A stretch of DNA of 63,796 bases, counting the filler, from Conidiobolus incongruus B7586 (taxonomy: Eukaryota), in the NCBI GenBank assembly GCA_000697335.1. It is 13 parts of 13 records of this genome, joined end to end, with 100 filler letters (N's around TTAATTAATTAA, not from the genome) between each part and the next. Parts side by side here need not be neighbours in the genome. Positions count along the whole stretch, not along the records: positions 30,067 to 42,849 come from JNEM01005803.1; positions 42,950 to 44,668 come from JNEM01005807.1; positions 44,769 to 49,648 come from JNEM01005808.1; positions 49,749 to 54,975 come from JNEM01005809.1; 9 more parts are not named here. One strand, 5' to 3'. Positions 38,525 to 50,714 of the stretch are shown here, in pieces. A program made the translations under genes and the position numbers. The notes under the pieces were generated by a model, which saw only the letters and a program-made list of their open reading frames with translations, was not told the origin of the DNA and made no database searches. Positions within the stretch are counted from its first letter, which is position 1; every line of letters starts with the position of its first letter.

Positions 38525-41376
38525 ATGACTTCCAATCAACAAGATATTATTTCAGATTTAAATTTGGAAGAGATATTATTGTCTATGGCCGAGTCCGAGC
38601 CAAAATATAAAAGTCATTCGACACCTTCAGCTGCTTCGAATTCAATGAGGTCGAGACCTTTGCCAACTCCGGGGAAGTCTAAGAGATACAGTGAAATTCC
38701 TACTACACCGAATTTGCAGCAGTATGCCGAGCCGAGTAAACAGAGTCATCGTCACTCATTTCATCCCAATCAACTTCCGAGTCAATCGCAGGCGAACTAT
38801 CAGCAGCCAGCAGTCCCGCATCCTCCTCCGCCTCAGCACCAGCAGTATCCACCGCATATGAGTCCTTATTCTTATCCGCCGCAGTCGCCTTATTATTATT
38901 CTGCTCACGATCCTTATGCACAATTGAGTGCCGATTACGGCTATGACTCTTATTATCCTATGCCAGGCACAGAAATATCAACTTATGACGGCATTTATGG
39001 CTATCCCAGTCCGTATCCATATGACCCATATTCTGCAGTGTATACGAATGACGATCCATCATTATATGTTTCCTCAGCAACAGATTCCCAAAATGACTAT
39101 TATTACGATTACTCTGCAGGCTATGAGGATTATCCCCCAATAGATTCCAATTATGCAGACCCCTACTATTACAACGGCTATTACGACCCTTCATATTACC
39201 AGTCACCTTATAATTATCAAACACCACAGGAATTGCCGGCAGCAAGACCACTTCCAAGATTACCTCATAAGAGAACTCCTTCCATTCAACCTGAGAAATT
39301 GCCAGAGCCTGTCATTACATCAATTTCAGAGACTGCTCCATCGCCAGCGGTTGTGGACCAGCATCCAATTCCTGCTACGATGACACCTGCTCCCTCAATT
39401 CCCGCTTCAACCGTTGAAACGAACTTGTCACTAGGGACACCAACGATTGAAAAGAGTCACCATCTTGGGTTAGTGCCTCCCAAGCCACCACCTTCACCCC
39501 CAGCAGTCGAGGAGACATTACCAGAAGTAATGGAAAATTTGCAGCTGGAATCGCAAGTCCAAGCCCAAGTTCAAACCCCAGCAGCTGTAACCACTCCGCC
39601 AGTCAATAATCACCAAAATGTCAGTACAAAACCATCCAATTCCAACGTCAACAATAGTACGAATGTGGTGCCACCGTCCGCTTTACACGGTAAAGAGCCC
39701 ACCACCAAGAAAATCACGGATGGATTCCAGAAGTTGACGGGACCTCTCTTGAAGCAGACGTCGACCAAGCCGCCAAGTACGCCCCAAATGAAGAAACCGG
39801 TGGAGCAGCGTAAAAAGACCCAGCCTCAGAAACCTCAGAACGCTGTGCAGTTGGTTGCGTAAGTGAGCTTTTGTATTTATATTATTAGTATTAATTGAAT
39901 TATTTAGATTGTCGAGACCTATTACCGATCCCGATGCTGATGGATTCGATTTTGACGGTAATTAATTCAATTAATTTATTAATATTCAATCCTAACAATT
40001 CTACAGAGAGCGATTTCGAACCAATCGATCGTTACGTCAAAGACTCCAAAATTCCTGTGTCAGGCACTGCTAGAGATCTTGTAATCAATCACTTGACGAA
40101 GCCATATAGACATGATTGGCAAAAGATTCGAGCGATTTTTACTTGGATTATTTACACCATCAGATATGATTATACCCCCAACAACAATAGCAACTCACCT
40201 TACCAGAAGTCTAACGGATCGTGTGAGAATGGCGATGAGGATAGCGACGATGAAGTGCAATCGGAAGACTCGGAAGCGGAGAGTGATTCTCAAGAAATAG
40301 AAGATCCCTACTATTCCGAAACTGCCGAATCCGTACTCAGTCGGGGAAGTGCCCGTCGTTTTGGATTTGCAGCATTATTTCACGAAATGGCGAAGCATGC
40401 AGGTGTTGAATCTATATTAATCAAAGGATTCCTCAAAGATCCCTCCAAACCTAGAGAATCTACAAAATTACCTGAACCTAATCACGCTTGGATTGCCGTG
40501 AAAATTCAGGGATACTACAGAATCATTGACTGTGGCCTAGCGTGCTCATCGCATCCTCTGAATCCCAACGGCACGTCAGAACCTTTTTACTTCTTAACGA
40601 ATCCCAGTAAAATTATCTTTACGCACTTTCCCATTGAGCATCGTCATCAGTTGATACGTCCCCCAGTAAGTTTCGCGGTATTTAACGAATTGCCATACGC
40701 TACAAGTCATTATTTCGACTACGGCATTCGCTTCCTCAATCTCAAAGGAGGTATCTTTACAGTGAATGACGATCAGACTGCAGAGTTGGATATTTTAGTA
40801 CCTCCGGGAGCGCAGAGTTCAGCCCAGTTGGAAATTCCAGATCCCAACGGCAGAGTCATTCGCAAGCAGAAACCCTTGGTACAACATAAAATGGACGGCA
40901 ACCGACGCATATCGAAGTTACTAATCCGCATCAAAGGCAAAGACTCAACTGGCGTACTTAAATTCTTCTGCAACATGACCAATTTGGAATCCACTCCATC
41001 CAACTCCCCTTTAGTCCTATCGATGATGGTCCAACACACGGGTATCAAACAACCTGAGGACTTCGTGCACATCATCCCATCCACCAAAGAATTCTACATC
41101 GTAGAACCCATCAACCTCAATCTCTTGTACAATATCTCCTACAGGTTCCACGTTCAGCCCTCCGGCGATAATAAACACTTCAAGTTAGTACTCCGATCCC
41201 CATCACTAAAAACTCATAAATTCGTTTACTATCCCGGAGACCAGGGCTATGTTGCGAATGTTACGGTAAGGGAACGTGGTCAGTGGGCTATCAGTTATAT
41301 GAAGGATATGAGCAACGATGGACGGCCTACTAAGAAGGACAGTTGGATTAATGTAGCATGTTATAAATGTATTTAA
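38525..41376 (+). CDS. Transglutaminase-like fold protein (Cyk3/KY/hillarin-like) with Pro/Tyr-rich N-terminus (3 exons)
   Basis: KIRAIFTWIIYTIRYD, FAALFHEMAKHAGVESILIKGFLK, NHAW, YRIIDCG, FYFLTNPSKIIFTHFP. The two listed ORFs are joined by introns 39859-39908 and 39958-~40006 around a 49-nt exon (ALSRPITDPDADGFDFDE). Confidence 0.82.
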
Positions 41377-41575
41377 AATTGATGGGAATGTATTTATAAT
41401 AATTGATAAAAATATATTTAATAATATTAGATTAATAAAAAAATGAAATTTTACTTATTATTAAGTTGAACATGAGTTGAATATACAGTAAAAATCAATG
41501 ATGGAAATTAACAAAATTGATGTTATGAAGAATAAAACTAAATTATTTATTATTGAATTCGTTCCACTTAACAAT

Positions 41576-41582
41576 GCTGCTT

Positions 41583-41625
<43 letters not shown>

Positions 41626-41648
41626 GTGTTCAATCCACGGTGGTGGCA
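41576..41648 (+). tRNA. tRNA-Phe (GAA)
   Basis: GCTGCTT TA GCTC AGTTGGGA GAGC G TCAGA CTGAAGA TCTGA AGGTC CCGTG TTCAATC CACGG TGGTGGC A: cloverleaf, anticodon GAA, no intron. Confidence 0.92.
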
Positions 41649-41946
41649 TTCAATTAATATTTTAGTTTTTGATTCGATTTAATATCTTACAAATTAGTTT
41701 AATTAAGATGAAATTGATCAAGTTATATTGGAAAACTAATTCACATTTATGCTTTTATATTATATTAAATAATATTTTTTCAATTATAATTTTGATGATT
41801 TATATCTTTTAGAACAGCTTTAGGCATTTTAATGATGATAAAATATAGATAAAAATCAAGAATTTAGCAATTTGAAATCTAAATTGATTAAAATTTTATT
41901 ATTCTCTTGAATTCAGTGGTGTATCATGATACCAAAAATAGTTAAT

Positions 41947-42849
41947 TTATGAAGATGAGGATGACGATGATGACGATTCTTCAGATTTAGGTTTACGAGA
42001 AGCAGCAGCCTTTTCTTCTTCCTCCTTCTTTTTTCTGTCTTCTTCTTTGGCTATTTGCTCCTCTTCTTCAGCAATACGTTCTTCAGTATCCTTAATGACT
42101 TCAATCTTCTGCTTACTGGTGGCAGCTCCCATACCTTCCGAGAAAGTTAATTCGGCTTCGCTAACTAATTCGTCAGGCAAACTGGAGAGTGTGGCTCTGA
42201 GAGAATCGTCAGAGAAACTTGATGTAGATTCTGGTATGGAGAAAGCTTGCATCATAATGAGAATGGTAGTGGGAACCTTATGCTTCAAATTGAGATCTAA
42301 CCACTGTTGTAAATCACGTCTCATTCTTTCGGGAGTTGAGTTGTAACTTCGAATGCCTCGAGATTGGCAAGCTTGAATTAATTCGGCATCTGTGAGTTCG
42401 TCAATACCTTCAGCATTAATCATACGGTCGTCGGCACGCAAATATCTCATTCTGTTGCGGATTTGGTAAGCAAGCATTTGATCGGTGCCAAAGGTATTCA
42501 AACCCATATAACGACAGATGCTAACCAATTGAGGACGACTTAAATGGTCCAAAGTTAAATCATCGTTCAATTCTTTGGATAATCTGATTAATTCTTCAGT
42601 ACTAGCTTGTTCACCAGTTTTACGGACCTTATGAAAAAGCTCTCCAAATTCAATAGCGGCAGTGGGATTAACAACTTGACCAGCTTTAGCAGCTTCTTGA
42701 ATGGTTCCTTGAAGGAAGTTAGAAACCTCCAAACGGGTCTTAAATAATTTGGCGCGCTTAGCTTCGGCTTCTTTATGACTTTCAAAGGTACTAGGCAACA
42801 TGTTGGGGAAAAGTTTGAGAGCGAAAGGTAACAAAAGTTCCATAAAAGG
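41947..42849 (-). CDS. MDM38: LETM1/MDM38 mitochondrial inner-membrane protein, 5' end cut by spacer
   Basis: PFMELLLPFALKLFPNMLPSTF, DDLTLDHLSRPQLVSICRYMGLNTFGTD, LRADDRMINAEG, ACQSRGIR, LQQWLDL: LETM1 ribosome-binding domain with a coiled-coil tail. Confidence 0.93.
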   Translation of the reverse strand, partial: PFMELLLPFALKLFPNMLPSTFESHKEAEAKRAKLFKTRLEVSNFLQGTIQEAAKAGQVVNPTAAIEFGELFHKVRKTGEQASTEELIRLSKELNDDLTLDHLSRPQLVSICRYMGLNTFGTDQMLAYQIRNRMRYLRADDRMINAEGIDELTDAELIQACQSRGIRSYNSTPERMRRDLQQWLDLNLKHKVPTTILIMMQAFSIPESTSSFSDDSLRATLSSLPDELVSEAELTFSEGMGAATSKQKIEVIKDTEERIAEEEEQIAKEEDRKKKEEEEKAAASRKPKSEESSSSSSSSS

Positions 42850-43023
42850 NNNNNNNNNNNNNNNNNNNNNNNNNNNNNNNNNNNNNNNNNNNNTTAATTA
42901 ATTAANNNNNNNNNNNNNNNNNNNNNNNNNNNNNNNNNNNNNNNNNNNNTTATAAAATTATTAAATCAAAAAATAAGTGTGAAACTATATTTTTTATTAA
43001 ATATTTGTTAATTTATATATATA

Positions 43024-44588
43024 TACTAGCTTGAAAAAATGAGTCATAAAATTAAATTTATAAATATTTCAATTAATATCTTAATTAATTCTAATTTAAA
43101 TAAATTTATATTAGACTATATAATTAATATATATTTTTTACTTATAATATAATATATAAAGTTAAATTTAGATTAATTTTTAATTGATATATCAAAATTA
43201 AAAATATACCTAAAATAAGTTATAAATTTGTAAGTTTTAGTATTAATAGAAAAATTAATATTTAATATATCTATCTTTTGCTTTTCTAAATATTTTAAGT
43301 TTATGGGGTATAGTGTCAATTAGATTTTATATTAGGTAAGATTAATATTATTCTAAGCTTATTGAATATACTTTTAGAGTTGATCTAAATTTATTACTAG
43401 GGGGAAAGCTTTAATTAGTTTTTTTAGTTGATTCTAAAGATATTTAATTAGGTTAAGGTTAAGAGATTAAAGAAGTTATTTTATAATAGTTATTTTGTTA
43501 TTTTTAAGCTATTTAATAATAAAATTTATAATATAGCAAAAGGTATTATCTTGTTGGGAAATAATATTTGATTAATTTAACTTATATTACTTAATAATTT
43601 TTTTCAATTTATTATTTAAAATAATTTAGTATATTTTAGTATTAATTCCTTTATTAACCTTACAAAGATATTTTACACCTAAAGATAATATATATCCCTA
43701 AATTATAAATAACCTATTATTGTATTTTTAGGTTATAAAAATATAATGGTTATAAAGTGGTTTTTTATCTTTTTTGAAATATGTAGTTTTTTTATTAAAT
43801 TTATTAAAATATATCTTTATTTTATTAGACTAAATAACTTTACTCTAGTTAATTTTAGTTTAACTTTAGTATTAACATTTAAACTCCCATTTAACCCTAT
43901 AATAAAATTTCTTTAGTTGGGGGTATTTTTTCTTAAAATGTAAGTGATATCTATTCTAATATAAAACACATATAATAGTAGTAATATTAATTAATATTCT
44001 TATATAGTCTTGTAATTTTTGTTGTATTTTTATAATAGTATTATATTTACCTATATTAATTAATCTATAAATATATTTTTTATCATGTTTATCTATAATT
44101 TTAATATACTTAAGTTTTAGTTTAGGTTTTTTAATATTATTCTTAATAATCTTAACTATAATAGATTAGCTAACACTAATAATTTTAATAATCTCATAAG
44201 TTGATTTATTTTTATTATAAAGTTTATTAATATATAGGTGAACTTTTATAGAGAGAGATTTAGGCATTATAATATTAATTTTAAAATATTAGCTTAATAG
44301 TTCTATAATATATATAATATAACAAGAGAAAAAAAGATATATATAAGTTTTGTTATTTATACCCCTTTAATATATAAACTTATAAATTTATAACTCACTT
44401 TGGTTAAGTTTTAAGTTTTGATATATTAACCAATAATTAATAAAATATAATCAAATATAGTTAGTTATAATCAACTAATATAGATAAATTATATATTTTA
44501 ATTTAAATTTATTTAATTAAGAATTGTTTAAGATATAAGTAAATATATAAGTAATTTTAATTTTATAACTTACTTTTGTAGGCTAGTG
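43024..44588 (-). mobile_element. Second full-length degenerate Tc1 DD34E transposon (~1.56 kb)
   Basis: TA+TACTAGCTTGAAAAAATGAGTCATAAAAT at 43024 and ATTTTATAACTTACTTTTGTAGGCTAGTG+TA ending at 44588; the interior is the reverse-complement homolog of 22510-24050. Confidence 0.9.
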
Positions 44589-45203
44589 TATATATATATT
44601 AGAATATTAATATTAATAATGATAATAATTAAATAAATTTGTTTAAATAAAAAAATATTTAAAATTATNNNNNNNNNNNNNNNNNNNNNNNNNNNNNNNN
44701 NNNNNNNNNNNNTTAATTAATTAANNNNNNNNNNNNNNNNNNNNNNNNNNNNNNNNNNNNNNNNNNNNAAAAATAATTAAAATATTTTTTAAAATAAAAT
44801 ATTTATAATATTTATTGATAATTTAGTATATTTTTTTCAAAATTCAAATTAATTTATAGTGTTATTATTTACTTAAAACAAATATGACATTAAGAGGGTT
44901 TTAATTATATAATATCAGCTTTATATGTATTAAATTAATTAAATAATTTTTAAAATGATTTAATATCAATTAGATTATAATTAAAAAAATCTTGTTGAAT
45001 ATTAAAAAAAAATTTTAGTTTGATTAAATTTATATTGAAATTTATTAATTGTAATATTTGTAAAATTAGAAAAATTAGTATAAAATTTTATATGGAAATT
45101 AAATGAAATAGTAATACATTATATATTTATAATCTTTGAGATTTAATTAAAAAAGAATCAAATCATTTAATATAAATATAATAATTAATACTAGTGTTAT
45201 TCT

Positions 45204-46763
45204 TTATAATTTTTCAATCCAAGATTTAATACTATATACCATATTATCCCACAACGAATAATGTATTCGAGATCGAATTTTAATATCGAAACTCATATTA
45301 TCTTTGGGATCAGCTAATAATATTAAGAATTGGTCACTGTTGATAGATAATTGATGTTTGAGCACTGGGTCATGAATATATAATACCTTTAAATTCTGGA
45401 GTTTTGCTATGAGTTGCTCGATAAATAGTTCATTTTTGTCATCTATATGGATATATAACTCTTCCCAGTTGAGGGGCTCGTTACACTCGGTAATCAGTCT
45501 TTTGAAATTATATTTAGGGGTGTTGAATAGCATCTTGGTTACCTTAGGAAATAATAAAGGAATCACATAAGTATCCATACGGGAATCGTCAGAATTTCTG
45601 TAGAGAGAATCACAACATAATGTGACAACGTTGTGAAACAAATTACGGACAACTTGGTAATTATCCTGAAGATTCGGGCTAAAGCCTGCAAAGAGTAATT
45701 TTCTAAGCGATTTGAGTGGTTGTAATTCCATTGGATTGGGATGATTGGGACAAACCATTGGCGAATCAAAACACATTGAACTCAAATTGGGACAGTGCTC
45801 AATAATATACGTCATCAAATATTCATCAACAGAGAAGAGACTTAATTTGCTCAAATTAGTCCACTTAGGCGAACATATATCGATTGGCTGATTGAATAAT
45901 ATATTCTTAGATAAGTTGGTAGACCACCAGAACTGCCATTCGAAGGTTTTCAAATTTCCGAAATAAGGGTTTGAAAATGTATGGATTAGCTCATCTCTTA
46001 AATATGATTGATTAGGCAACTGATCATCGGAATAGTTATAGATCCAAACGCAAAGGTATTCCAATTTCGAGTTAGCGAGCCAAATGTTAGGGGTTGATAT
46101 CTCCCACGGACGTAAGGAATCGTCGAGTTCGCTAGAGTATACTATTTCTAAATGAAAGTGTTTCAATTGCTTCATCATCTTATAACTATTCATAATTGAA
46201 TTCATATATTGTAAATCAGTTTTAATAGTCAATTTGGTCAATTGAAATTGCGGTAGTATATTAACAATAGGCAATAAACGATTATTCAAAAATATTTTCA
46301 GCTCTTCAAGTTTGGAGAGTTGTTGGATGGATTCAAATATTGGATCCCAGTCAAGACGATTGTTCCACTCGACATGTCCTGCAATCTCCAAATCCAAAGA
46401 CTTGATTTGATTGAAAGTAGTCAGCGCTAGTTTTAGAATGTCTAGAGATTTGGACCTTTCTCTCCATTCTAAGCCTTCAACCATACCCAGCCAATTAATA
46501 ATTTTAACAACCTTATCGTCATCAAAATAATAATTACTAAAACGACGAAATAAAGGTTTATAAGCCTCTAAAAAATATTCCAAATGGCCAATTTCTCGAG
46601 CTTTACATTTCTCAAATATCAACAAATTCATTACCCTACACCAATGTTTATTGATTAATCGGTGCGATATTAAAAAGTATTTATCAGTATATGTGGCAAT
46701 TAACAATATAATATGTGCAGGAAGATTGGCCCAAGTTATGGTAGGTGAGTTATTCCTTATCAT
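45204..46763 (-). CDS. F-box-like / leucine-rich (RNI-like) repeat protein
   Basis: Likely start MIRNNSPT; F-box-like WANLPAHIILLIATY...RLINKHWCRV; repeated LxxLxL units (LSKLEELKI, LKHFHL, LSKLSL, CPNLSSM, LQNLKVLYI); intronless. Confidence 0.7.
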   Translation of the reverse strand: MIRNNSPTITWANLPAHIILLIATYTDKYFLISHRLINKHWCRVMNLLIFEKCKAREIGHLEYFLEAYKPLFRRFSNYYFDDDKVVKIINWLGMVEGLEWRERSKSLDILKLALTTFNQIKSLDLEIAGHVEWNNRLDWDPIFESIQQLSKLEELKIFLNNRLLPIVNILPQFQLTKLTIKTDLQYMNSIMNSYKMMKQLKHFHLEIVYSSELDDSLRPWEISTPNIWLANSKLEYLCVWIYNYSDDQLPNQSYLRDELIHTFSNPYFGNLKTFEWQFWWSTNLSKNILFNQPIDICSPKWTNLSKLSLFSVDEYLMTYIIEHCPNLSSMCFDSPMVCPNHPNPMELQPLKSLRKLLFAGFSPNLQDNYQVVRNLFHNVVTLCCDSLYRNSDDSRMDTYVIPLLFPKVTKMLFNTPKYNFKRLITECNEPLNWEELYIHIDDKNELFIEQLIAKLQNLKVLYIHDPVLKHQLSINSDQFLILLADPKDNMSFDIKIRSRIHYSLWDNMVYSIKSWIEKL

Positions 46764-49039
46764 ATTTGGACTAATTATAAAGACAAAAAATAAAATAAAA
46801 TCATAAAAATACAAATGAAAATACTTATAAAATGATAAATTAAAAATATTATTAAATAAAATTAAAATAAAGGGTCAAATTGTGTTGTTAATTTATGATT
46901 CATTCATCTTTTATATTCATTTTATAATCAATTAAATTTATGGTTCTTAATTATCATGTGTTTTTATTAATATGGTAAATTGTATCCACTTAATCTTTAA
47001 AATTATTAATATACTAAAAAAATTTTAATTATATTAATTTGCATATATTTGGGAAAAAATGAATTTTTTGAAATTATTACTATATAGTAATAATTAAGGA
47101 ATTTGTTTTGTACCTTGCTTTATAGATCCAATGCTGGCAAAGTCAATATTTTTTGCACATACTATATAATCTATTAGCTATTAATATTTTTCTAATCCAA
47201 AACTCCTCAAAGGATTCCAAGTTATTGATTCTAATTTTGTTATTAATAAATAAATTTAAATATTTATTTATGGAAATCATAAGAGTTATAATAGATTTTA
47301 TTATTTCAATTTTCATTATAAATAATATATTAATATAGATAATTAATGATTTGATCACTATGCTCAATATAACCTTGAAAATATAAAATTATATTATATA
47401 ATCTTTATAATTTGGATTTTTAAAAATGATAAATTTATAATATCCTGAATAACGATTATTTATTATAAAAGGTTTATATACATATAAAATAAATTATCAC
47501 TTAATTTTCACTCTCTTTTTTATTTGTCTATGGATTATTTGGATAATAGATACAATAATTATCACATATAATTCATAAAATTGAAAATGAATATTTCAAT
47601 TAATTATTTTATTGTGAATTAATAGAGGAAGTTTATATATTGAAAAATACAATTTATTTTTCCTTGTCTTCGAATAAATTAATGCCAAACGTTTATATAG
47701 TCAAACACCCGTCAAAATACTGTGAAAGTGAGTTTGTTTTAGTATATATTCGTTATCCAATTGTAATCAAAAGTATTGCTGTAGTTTATCATATAATAAC
47801 TTGATGAGATCAATTTTTAATTGTTCGAAGTAATATTTTTTTGATAAGGTCATCTTTATAAGACAAGATAAATTACCTCACATTCTTCATAAAAATAAAT
47901 ATTTGTAAATTTGGTAGATTATCATATATTATTAATATGACAGGAAATGCTTAAATTAATAATATATCCTCTAATAGAAATATTGATATTTATACTCTAA
48001 CTTTATATATCTTAACACAATCTCATTCGAAACTATGAATTATAAAATATACAATTGAATATGAGCTTTGGGATTAAACTAATAAACTCAATTGTTCTCA
48101 AAAAAATTTTTATCAGCTTTATACTTTGAAAAGGTTTAGTTTACATATAATTTAATATTAATACAATGCCACTAATAGTATATAAATATAAATATTGATA
48201 CTATTATTCTAGAAATTTCATTGATCCAATATATCAGGCCATATGACATTAATAATAACATCAAAACAAATAATTTTTAATTATATAAAATAAATTTTGA
48301 TTATATAATTTATTAATATGGATTAAAAGTTTATATATTAAAAAAAGATATTTTTAATTAGGATTTTGATTCTATTATTATTATATGACTGAAATCATTA
48401 AATAAAGGAAAAATATATATAATATAAATTTGATAATTTTATAATAATAATCCTAATATTTAGTTGAATTATCAAATCACAACTGAATTAATATTATATT
48501 AAAAATAAGTTGGATGATAACATAAGTGTATATATTTATACCATGAATCTCAATTTAAACAATAGTTATTTGAATTAATTAAAGAAAACATTTTTCATAA
48601 ATTATAATTCAAATACTATGACTTTAAAATTTTAAACAATGAAATAAGATTGATTTTAAATATTAATTAAATTTAAAGAAAATTAATTTATTATAATAAT
48701 AATTAAACAAATGTAAAATCAAAAACCGAATTAAAATTAATATTTTTATATGATTTTTCAAATTTAATTGAAAGAAATTATAATGGAAAATATTATACTT
48801 TCATAATTCTATATATAGATATAAAATATGATTGACTTTTTAGAATTAATTTCGATATTTCTATTAATTTACAATAGCTATTAATATTTTGACTTTCCTA
48901 GAGTAAATTTATTTAAAATAAATATATGATATGTTGAAATTTAAATATATTTATATATATTTCAGCTTCATTATTTTTATAATTTTATTAAGTTAAATTA
49001 AAAAATATTTTATAAATTAATCTTTGAATAATAATAGAT

Positions 49040-49648
49040 AAATTATTAATTTAAATTAATTTATATCATTAATATATATTTTTTATTTATATTATAATAT
49101 ATAAAGTTAAATTTAATTAATTATTAATTGATATATTAAAATTAAAAGTATATTCAAAATAAGGTATAAATTTGTAGGTTTTAATATTGATAAAAAAATT
49201 AATATTAAGATATATTAAAATATTTTAAATAATAAATTAAAAAAACCATTGAATAATATAAGTTAAACACATCTAATATTATTTTTTATTAAGATAATAC
49301 TTATTATTATATTATAGCTTTTATTACCATATAACTTAAAAATAATAAAATAACAATTATAAAATAACTTTTTTAATTTTTTAAACTTAATTAAATATTT
49401 TAGGATTAATTAAAAAAAATTACTAAAACTTTCCTTTTAATAAAAAATTTAAATCAATTTTAAAAATATATTTAAGAAATATAAAACAAGATTAACTTTT
49501 CTTAATATAAGAAATTAGTTGATTTTATACCTTATAAACTTAAAGAAGTTAAAAAAGTTACAGATAAATATATTAAGTTTTAATTTTTTTTATCACTAAA
49601 AACTTATAAATTTATAACTTATTTTAAGTAAAATTTAAAGGTTGATAT
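49040..49648. mobile_element. Rearranged Tc1 fragments
   Basis: ~49040-49215 resembles 43100-43270. ~49230-49648 is the transposase C-terminal region, reverse-complementary to 15957-16320. Boundaries are approximate. Confidence 0.7.
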
Positions 49649-49753
49649 NNNNNNNNNNNNNNNNNNNNNNNNNNNNNNNNNNNNNNNNNNNNTTAATTAA
49701 TTAANNNNNNNNNNNNNNNNNNNNNNNNNNNNNNNNNNNNNNNNNNNNCTCAA

Positions 49754-49826
49754 GGTTCCATGGCCAAATGGATAAGGCGCTTGACTACGGATCAAGAGAT
49801 TCCAGGTTCGATCCCTGGTGGAATCG
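49754..49826 (+). tRNA. tRNA-Arg (ACG)
   Basis: GGTTCCA TG GCC AAATGGATAA GGC G CTTGA CTACGGA TCAAG AGATT CCAGG TTCGATC CCTGG TGGAATC G: cloverleaf, anticodon ACG. Confidence 0.95.
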
Positions 49827-50714
49827 TAATCCATGGTTTTCTCCTTTCAATCATTTTTCTTTCTTTCATACCATCTTTCACGTCGATTTCTCTCTATTGG
49901 TTTGATTGGCCTATTTTAGGTAAATGATACAACAATAATTTTTAATAACGATCGGTCATTTAGATACTCCTAACTATTTTCACAATATATTATTTTATCA
50001 ATTATTATTAACTAGTACAATCTATTCAAATAGTTCAATAATTAGTTTATTGCCAAATCTAATTTTAGTCATAAGGTAATTGAATTGAAATTTATCAATC
50101 AATTGAGTAATAAAAGGGTATTAAATAATAAACCAATTTCAAAATTTAATCATAAATTATAAAACCAAAAAACTATTTTTAAATAATATTAAACATATGA
50201 TATTTTTCAAGTAAAACAATTAATGTATTTCTAAATTTGTCAATATAAATATTAAATATTTAAAGTATTAATTTAATAGAACCTATTAATACTATATCTT
50301 AATAAAATTTTTATAATGTTTCTTACTTGATCAATTATTCAAATTGATTCAGATGTTTTCAGAATTTATAAAACATTGAACTAAACAAAAATCATCATAT
50401 ATTTTTCTTTTTACTAAAATTATTATGTTTTTAAAATAATATTAATCCTTATTATAAATTTGAAATTATTTAAAATTTCAACTATTTTATCTATTAATAA
50501 TAACCTTCATTAATCATTTTTACCAAATTTTGATTAATTCAAAAAAAACCCATAAAATTTCTATTGATAAATTAAAATATTTAATATTGATTTCAATGTC
50601 ACCAAGATTAAAATAATTATTAGAATTATCAAAAATAATTACAAAAGTTAATAACAGCTTTAATAATTTATTTATTGATTTATAATATTATCGATATTTA
50701 AAACGATATAAACC

